Source: a candidate division FCPU426 bacterium (GTDB taxonomy: Bacteria > Oederibacteriota > PGYV01 > Palsa-1178). From it: 64,000 nucleotides of DNA. This document shows, piece by piece, positions 58,153 through 64,000 of this stretch. The stretch covers positions 832,001-896,000 of the forward strand of contig CAWIXE010000002.1 of assembly GCA_963840035.1 (NCBI GenBank), in the 5' to 3' direction. Below the pieces are notes generated by a model, which made no database searches, was not told the DNA's origin, and worked only from the letters and a program-made list of their open reading frames with translations. Position 1 is the first letter of the stretch. Every line of letters starts with the position of its first letter. A program made the translations under genes and the position numbers.

Positions 58153-58587
58153 CTACCTTCCCGACCGCTTCACAATCACCTTCCCGTACATGGACGCAAT
58201 CTCAGTAAGCTTTTTATACTCAGGCCCGCCTTTGTTAAGCGAACAGCCGCCCTTAATTATAACCGTACCTTTCTCCATCAGGAAAGGATATTCCCTGCAG
58301 CTTACAGGCCTGCTGTCATAGATTTGGCATTTGCGCTTTTCAGGGTCAAACTGCCTGCAGAAGCTTTTGCTTTCAATACTGTAAAATCCCTTAGTGCCGG
58401 CAGGCTTTATCCCCAGTTCCTTATAATCTTCAGGTTTTATATTCCCGCCAAATATCGTTATCAGCTCATCGCCGTCCACATGCAAAGAAACATTCAGCAT
58501 ATCGCAGCATGTCTTATCGCATTTTGTCATGCAAAAATGGCCGAAGTATTCCCGTTTCCACTTGGCAAAATCGCGCTCAAATCCCAT
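58153..58587 (-). CDS. YkgJ family Cys-cluster protein
   Basis: C..KC...CC, C..FD.....C.IY..RP..CR.YPF. Confidence 0.88.
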   Translation of the reverse strand: MGFERDFAKWKREYFGHFCMTKCDKTCCDMLNVSLHVDGDELITIFGGNIKPEDYKELGIKPAGTKGFYSIESKSFCRQFDPEKRKCQIYDSRPVSCREYPFLMEKGTVIIKGGCSLNKGGPEYKKLTEIASMYGKVIVKRSGR

Positions 58588-58676
58588 TTGATAACACCAC
58601 CTTAATTATTTACTTCACTGTTTAAAAAACCCTGAAACCCACTGCCTTATACTTTTATGATTTGTGTGTTGTTTTT

Positions 58677-58751
58677 GTAGGGGCAAGCCGGTGGCTCGCC
58701 CGGCCTTCGATCTTGGATCTAAACCCGGGCGAGCCACCGGCTCGCCCCTAC
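58677..58751. repeat. Inverted pair of GTAG-type REP hairpins
   Basis: GTAGGGGCAAGCCGGTGGCTCGCCCGG ... CCGGGCGAGCCACCGGCTCGCCCCTAC. Confidence 0.8.
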
Positions 58752-58787
58752 GAAATCAAAATAATCGCGTTAACGGACAATTAACCG

Positions 58788-59576
58788 CTAATAATTACAG
58801 TAATGAAGACTCACCCTGTTCTGATACCCTGATTGATAATTCCACGAAGAGCCTCCTGGAGGAGGCGTGCCTGCTATTATTGTGTCATAGCTGTAGCTGT
58901 AAATAAAGTGTCCGTATGAAGCGTTTGCATCATCCTGTATGTTCGCGCTCTTTGATTTGACCAGCAGATGGTAACGCGTCCCGGCTGTCAATATGGTATC
59001 CGCAATCGGCGCGATATATGTCCCGGCTGCCGGCGCGTACTGCGCCCCGGTTGAAACAATCATTGTTCCGGGATAATTGCCGCCGTTATCAGTATATATG
59101 GCCGCCCAGTAATTTGTCGCGTTTGCCAGGCCGACGGATATGTAATTGACTGTTATTGTCCCTGCCGGAGTGTACGGTTCAGCGTATACCCATGCTGAGG
59201 TGGCTGAGCCTGATGCCGCGCCGGTATTGGCGTTTCCCAGCAAAAACACGCATGTCGGCGCCGGCGTAGACGTGGGTGTGGCTGTCGGGGATATATCGTT
59301 AGTGGATGTAGGCGTTGCAGTGACAGATGCGGTTGCGGTCCCTGTCATAGTGGCTGTCTTTGTATATGTGCGCGAAGATGTGGCAGAAGGCGTTGATGTC
59401 ATGGTCCTGGTTTTTGTGGCGGTTATGGTCGTGGATTTAGTGCGTGTGGCAGTAACCGTGCATGTGTTTGTATTTGAAATTGTCCCCGGCCCTGTGGAAG
59501 GGTTATTTTTTTTACAACCTGCCGATAATGTTAATGCGATAATCACCGTAAGAACCGTAAATGTTTTTATTCTCAT
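58788..59576 (-). CDS. Lipoprotein with a Thr-rich spacer and beta-sandwich C-domain
   Basis: SAGC-KKNNP, (T-x)n tract, AIY.D....P pattern. Confidence 0.75.
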   Translation of the reverse strand: MRIKTFTVLTVIIALTLSAGCKKNNPSTGPGTISNTNTCTVTATRTKSTTITATKTRTMTSTPSATSSRTYTKTATMTGTATASVTATPTSTNDISPTATPTSTPAPTCVFLLGNANTGAASGSATSAWVYAEPYTPAGTITVNYISVGLANATNYWAAIYTDNGGNYPGTMIVSTGAQYAPAAGTYIAPIADTILTAGTRYHLLVKSKSANIQDDANASYGHFIYSYSYDTIIAGTPPPGGSSWNYQSGYQNRVSLHYCNY

Positions 59577-59721
59577 GTATCCAACCCCGCGCTTTAGTCT
59601 GAATTACTTTTACAGTATGGGATTATAAATTATACAGGGGGAAATGACAATGACTATTTTCGGAATTATAGTCGGATTGGATTCATTGGAAACAAGCACG
59701 AATGCTCTGCGCGCCGGGCGA

Positions 59722-59776
59722 ATATCCTTCGACATACTCAGGATTCATTGCAATAATAATTCCTGAACCTGCCGAA
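59722..59776. repeat. CCTTCGA...GCCGAA palindromic repeat, copy 2
   Basis: ATATCCTTCGACATACTCAGGATTCATT...ATTCCTGAACCTGCCGAA. Confidence 0.6.
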
Positions 59777-59884
59777 AATTAATGCGCACAGGCCCTTGCG
59801 CCAAGCATCAAAATAACGCCCGGCCTTTACAGCTTGCTGACCAACCGCAACCCGGCACAAAACCTTGAGCGTTTGAGACACCCG

Positions 59885-60781
59885 CTACCACACATTCTCC
59901 CCCGGCTCCGCCTTCAACTCCACCGTCTCTCCGCTCACCGGCATCACAAACCCGACCTTAAAAGCATGCAGCCTCTGCCCCGGCTGTGGATCCTCCGGTC
60001 CAGCCAGCTTTATGTCCAGTTCCAGGTCTCCGTAAATCTTGTCCCCCACCACCGGATGCCCCATATGCTTCATGTGTACCCGTATCTGATGAGTCCGCCC
60101 TGTTTTGAGAATTATTTTAAGCAGGGTTGTGGTTTTGTTTTGGGTTACGGGTTCATAAAGCGTATGCGCGCTCTGGCCCCCTGTTAAAACAACTGTGCGC
60201 ACATTTTCCCCGCGCCGGGTTTCTGAAAGGCGCGCGGTTATTTCCCCGGCCTTTGTAACCCTGCCATGCACCAGGCACAGGTATTCTTTATGAATATCGC
60301 GGCTTTCCATAACCTTTACCAGGGCGGAGGCCGCCGCCTTATTAAGCGCGACTAAAACAATACCGGACGTTTCCCTGTCCAATCGGTTTATGACATGGAT
60401 TGTATTATCAGGATAAAGCGCCTTTACCCCGTTTGCCAGGGTATTGGATTCCCTGTGGGCGGTAGGATGCACCAGCATGCCCGCCTCTTTATTCACGGCG
60501 ATGAAATCTTTATGCGTGTATATGATTTTAAGCGGGATATCGCAAGGTATGACTTCCACAGGGTTCCTGTCGTAGTACATATAGCGCACATCATCAGAGG
60601 CCTTCACGACACGGTGATATTTCTTCTGTACCCGCATGTTAACCCAGACAAACCCCTGGTCTATCATTTCCCGGGCCTGTTGCCTGGTAACGGAAGCGGC
60701 GGTCTTTATAAACATATCCAGCCGCACACCCCTGCCGTCCATGCCCGCGATTAAAAGCCGTGATTGTAAGTTTTTATCCAT
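59885..60781 (-). CDS. RluA/RluD family RNA pseudouridine synthase
   Basis: S4-like RLD.F start, VNKEAGMLVHP, NRLDRETSG, LKTGRTHQIRVH...GHPVVGD..YG, LHA. Confidence 0.93.
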   Translation of the reverse strand: MDKNLQSRLLIAGMDGRGVRLDMFIKTAASVTRQQAREMIDQGFVWVNMRVQKKYHRVVKASDDVRYMYYDRNPVEVIPCDIPLKIIYTHKDFIAVNKEAGMLVHPTAHRESNTLANGVKALYPDNTIHVINRLDRETSGIVLVALNKAAASALVKVMESRDIHKEYLCLVHGRVTKAGEITARLSETRRGENVRTVVLTGGQSAHTLYEPVTQNKTTTLLKIILKTGRTHQIRVHMKHMGHPVVGDKIYGDLELDIKLAGPEDPQPGQRLHAFKVGFVMPVSGETVELKAEPGENVW

Positions 60782-60964
60782 GGAAATATGATAACACTAT
60801 TGGGGGCATTAGGCAAACCGGTTACACGATCTGATAAGTCTTATACTGTCCTATATCGTCCTATTAGCATTTATGATTTTCCCTGGTTTACGCCAAGCAA
60901 CAGCAAATACCGTCGAATGACGAATCGCCCGCCGTTATGGATTATTGCGAAAGACAGGATTATG

Positions 60965-61393
60965 TCAGCGCCGTTTAACAGTTGCCTTCCCATACAAAGA
61001 AGCGATTCCAACAAGCTTCTTATACTCCGGCCCGCCCCTTGCAAGACAGCATCCGCTTTTTATCACAAGGGTGTCCTTTTCCACCAGGAAAGGATATTCC
61101 CTGCAGCTTAAAGGCCTGCTCTCATATATAAGGCATTTACGCGTACTGTCGTCGAATTTTTTGCAGATGCATTTGCTTTCTATGCTGTATATCCATTTTG
61201 CGTTGGATGTTTTAATGCCCAGTTCCTTATAATTTTCAGGGTCAATATTATCGCCAAATATCCTTGTCAGTTCCGCATAGTTGACATACAAAGAAACCTT
61301 CCGCGAATCGCAGCAGGTTTTAACGCACTTTGTCATGCAATAGTTTCCGAAATACTCGGTTTTCCAGTTTTCAAAATCCGTTTCAAACCCCAT
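60965..61393 (-). CDS. YkgJ family Cys-cluster protein (paralog of 58153-58587)
   Basis: Same Cys pattern, colinear high similarity. Confidence 0.88.
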   Translation of the reverse strand: MGFETDFENWKTEYFGNYCMTKCVKTCCDSRKVSLYVNYAELTRIFGDNIDPENYKELGIKTSNAKWIYSIESKCICKKFDDSTRKCLIYESRPLSCREYPFLVEKDTLVIKSGCCLARGGPEYKKLVGIASLYGKATVKRR

Positions 61394-61518
61394 CGATTTA
61401 CCCCGATATGGCCATAAGTCAGGCCATGCTTATTACTTTTTGTACTTTTACATTTTTCGGCGCCATTGATTTATTCACTCAGGTATCAGATAAAAGCCTT
61501 ACCCTTCTTTACCCGTTT

Positions 61519-62682
61519 CTACCCGCCGTTTTTTATCACATTTGTGATTACATTTATCATTGTTTCCTTTTCCTTCGGGCTGCTCACAGCCGCGAGCAGA
61601 GTAAGCGCGGCAAGCGCCCCGTCACTGACCCGCTTTTCGCCGGTTTTCAGGTAAAGTATGGAGTTTTTTGACATGTAGTGGAGGAAGAGTATAGCGGCCA
61701 GCCTTTTGTTGCCGTCAGTAAAAGGATGGTCCTTTACGGCGAAGTATAGAAGGTGGGCAGCCTTTTCTTCCACTGTGGGATACAGTTCCCTGCCGTCAAA
61801 AGTCTGGTTTATCGCGCCGATTAAGGACTTCAGTTTTCCCGTGTGCCCCGCACCGAAAAGCGCCGAACCCTTTTTATATTCTTTTTTGGCTTTTTCCACA
61901 ACGCTTAAAGCGTCTTCCACGGTAAGTTCATATGCCGGCCTGGACAAACCGCCTGCTTTAAGCGCCATATCGTCATAGTCCTGAAGTATTTCCAGTGAAC
62001 CCGAATAATCCGAGATTAAGTTTATGAGCTCTGTTTCCATTCCTTTAGAGCCGGGCAGTTTTACCGCTTCGTTTAATGCTTTTACCGCGGCTTTCAGGTT
62101 CTTCAGGCTTTTGAGTTCACGGCTTACCCTTTTTTCATTTATCGCGAAACCTTCGATCATGTATTTTTTTAATACGCTGCTTGCCCATATCCTGAACCTC
62201 GTGGCTTTCCTGGAATTCACCCTGTAACCAACCGAGAGCACCGCGTCCAGGTTATAGGCATCCACCGCCCTTTTTACTTTCCTGCGTCCTTCATCCTGAA
62301 CTATTTCCATTTTGGAAAAAGTTGCCTCGTGACGCAATTCGCCTTCCCTGTAAATGTTACCCAGATGCTTTGAAACAGCCGGCACTTTAACGCCAAACAA
62401 CCCGGCTATCTGAGCCTGAGTCATCCAGATAGTGCCGTCCACAAGCCTGCCTTCAATGCCGGGGCCTGAGTCCTCAGCCCTGTAAATGACTATATGCCCG
62501 GGCCCGGCCGGTTCTTCCCCGAGTAAGTATTCGCTGTCTATGGAAGACTCCGCCACAACATAAGCCCTGCCTGAACGCTCGGCCTTAATAACGCCATTTT
62601 TTACCTTTTTAAACACAGCAACCCTGCTGATCCCCATAAGCTTTGCCAGCTCAGGTATGCTGTAGTATGCCTTCTTTTCCAC
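61519..62682 (-). CDS. HTH + RhuM-like + Fic/Doc protein
   Basis: N-terminal excisionase-like HTH (YSIPELAKLMGISR.AV), WMTQAQIA.LF, YNLD....VGYRVNS..AT.FR.WA, Fic motif HPFTDGNKR. Likely GTG start 62682 (RBS GGAGGA). Confidence 0.9.
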   Translation of the reverse strand: MEKKAYYSIPELAKLMGISRVAVFKKVKNGVIKAERSGRAYVVAESSIDSEYLLGEEPAGPGHIVIYRAEDSGPGIEGRLVDGTIWMTQAQIAGLFGVKVPAVSKHLGNIYREGELRHEATFSKMEIVQDEGRRKVKRAVDAYNLDAVLSVGYRVNSRKATRFRIWASSVLKKYMIEGFAINEKRVSRELKSLKNLKAAVKALNEAVKLPGSKGMETELINLISDYSGSLEILQDYDDMALKAGGLSRPAYELTVEDALSVVEKAKKEYKKGSALFGAGHTGKLKSLIGAINQTFDGRELYPTVEEKAAHLLYFAVKDHPFTDGNKRLAAILFLHYMSKNSILYLKTGEKRVSDGALAALTLLAAVSSPKEKETMINVITNVIKNGG

Positions 62683-62865
62683 ACATCCTCCAGAGTTAAC
62701 CATTAACATGCATTCGCGGTGGTTAACTTACGCTTAAAGTTAACATAAGCAGGCAAAATAAGCAATATTATTATAAAGTGTTATCGTGGTCCACAGGTGA
62801 GAATCTTAAGGTTTATTATATGGTGTTATATACTAATCATCAGCCGGGCGATTCACTTCATCGTC

Positions 62866-63225
62866 TCACGCTTTATCAAGCGCGTCTAATGCCTGTTCTT
62901 TCGTCTCAAACAGCAGCATGTTTTTCCTTCCGGTAAAAAACAAAACAGCCCTGTACACAACCGCCTGGACACCGCTTACATTATATAACGCGGACCGTTT
63001 AACGTATGGGGTATTATCACGCACATATTCCTTAAATGCCTGGACAACCCTGGAGTCAAACCTGGAATTTTTGAAGTTTGCGAGCACCAGTGCGGAACCC
63101 GCCGGCTGGGCAGCCACAAGGGCTTTGGCCTCTTTTATTAATTCCAGTATCGTGTCCGGGTCCTGGCCCGAATAGTCTGTGACAACAATCTTTTTCCCCT
63201 TATACTCGCCCATCTCAACAGCCAT
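62866..63225 (-). CDS. Conserved hypothetical protein (SpoIIAA-like fold possible)
   Basis: YKGK.I...DYS, F.T.E.AL..L pattern. Confidence 0.6.
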   Translation of the reverse strand: MAVEMGEYKGKKIVVTDYSGQDPDTILELIKEAKALVAAQPAGSALVLANFKNSRFDSRVVQAFKEYVRDNTPYVKRSALYNVSGVQAVVYRAVLFFTGRKNMLLFETKEQALDALDKA

Positions 63226-63306
63226 TTTTCACCGCCTTTAAGTTTTATTCCCCCATTGAGCCGTATAAATATTTTCACAGACAATTTTATGATCTGATTG
63301 TTTTTC

Positions 63307-63353
63307 GTAGGGACGAGCCCAGCTTCGCCGGACATGGCCGGCGGCTCGCCCGG
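63307..63353 (+). repeat. GTAG REP (58677 family) with an internal insertion
   Basis: GTAGGGACGAGCC-[CAGCTTCGCCGGACATGGCC]-GGCGGCTCGCCCGG. Confidence 0.55.
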
Positions 63354-63388
63354 CATATATGAGGTTAAGGTCTGTTGCCTTTTTTGAT

Positions 63389-64000
63389 TTATTTCAGGAT
63401 TATAAGCCCTGAGATGCCGCTTTTTGCAGTTTCTTTATTTTGGCCTTCCGCCGTAATAACATAAAAATAGCATCCATTTGCCAGGCCTGTAAACACAGTA
63501 GCCTGCAGGGGCATGGTTCTTGTGCCCGCCCACGCCGAATCAGGTAATTTGCACTCTCTTACGAGCCGCATGGCGGAAGAATATATCCTCAGCACCACGT
63601 TTCTGTGGCTCTGGCTGAATTCAGCCTTTAAGCGCAGAGGAGTTCCAAATCCCGGATTATACGGGTTGGGATAAATGATCTCGCCTGTAATCTTAAATGT
63701 TTCAGAATCCGCGGCCGCGGGCGTCTGTGTGGGTGTTATGGTATTAACCGGGGTGGCCGTGGCTGTGGGCATAATTGTATGCGTGTATGTCGCTGTGCGC
63801 GACGCGGTAGCCGCGGGTGTATTTACAGCTGTATTCGTGGCTGTCCATACGGCTGTATTAACCTGCGTAGGAATTGCCGTGGCTGTATTTGCAGGCGTGT
63901 CCACAGGCGTATTTACCGGAGTATTTGCGGGCGTCTCAGAGGGAATTTCAGTAGCCGTACCTGTCGGCACAGCTGTGGCTGTATATGTAAATGTAGCCAT
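63389..64000 (-). CDS. C-terminal part of a secreted protein: Thr-rich spacer plus T9SS-type-A/FlgD-like C-terminal domain (5'-partial)
   Basis: (T-x)n/NTP repeats, then IIYPNPYNP...V.LRIY.....LVR...LANG.YFY.I...IILK. The ORF reaches the window edge. Confidence 0.8.
   Translation of the reverse strand: MATFTYTATAVPTGTATEIPSETPANTPVNTPVDTPANTATAIPTQVNTAVWTATNTAVNTPAATASRTATYTHTIMPTATATPVNTITPTQTPAAADSETFKITGEIIYPNPYNPGFGTPLRLKAEFSQSHRNVVLRIYSSAMRLVRECKLPDSAWAGTRTMPLQATVFTGLANGCYFYVITAEGQNKETAKSGISGLIILK

Noticed and set aside
57940..58760. Repeat cluster as a CRISPR array
   Set aside because: Units are inverted, degenerate hairpins with irregular spacing, not direct repeats with unique spacers. 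No cas genes.
58788..59576. T-x-T tracts as ice-binding/antifreeze repeats
   Set aside because: They lack the fixed-period repeat structure of beta-helical antifreeze proteins and sit as linkers between lipobox and head domain.
33061..59628. Val/Ala-alternating plus-strand ORFs (33061, 36071, 43161, 59146)
   Set aside because: They are reverse complements of the Thr-rich tracts.
60800..60870. GGCAAACC as a c-di-GMP-I riboswitch
   Set aside because: The rest of the consensus (GAAA-loop stem and second stem) is missing, and it is antisense to the flanking genes.

Overview
Bacterial chromosomal window with ~55 CDS, almost all on the minus strand. It is rich in lipoproteins, secreted proteins and outer-membrane-barrel-like proteins, which suggests a diderm. 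Thr-rich spacer lipoproteins and a T9SS-like C-terminal domain are reminiscent of Goldbacteria-like candidate phyla, but the taxon cannot be established here. Recognisable genes: mutS, a CoA-disulfide reductase/rhodanese fusion, SemiSWEET, a GH94 phosphorylase, a GT39-like glycosyltransferase, a class III cyclase, a C1 peptidase, TolB-like propellers, a histidine kinase, a STAS protein, an RluA-family synthase and RhuM/Fic. The most unusual locus is 460-11243. It is one operon: LolA-like protein, propeller lipoprotein, NHL propeller, then a >=2400-aa secreted giant. The giant carries NlpC/P60 and degenerate SpoIID domains, a hydrophobic mid-region and Ig-like domains. It is split by a single extra G in a G7 tract, and its 3' end abuts an IS-type transposase. 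The non-coding DNA is also structured: two 202-bp MITEs with perfect 9-bp target-site duplications, several GTAG-type REP doublets, other palindromic repeats, and long hairpins built from 6-7-nt tandem units. No rRNA, tRNA, CRISPR array or reverse transcriptase was seen. All family calls come from motif recognition, not database searches.
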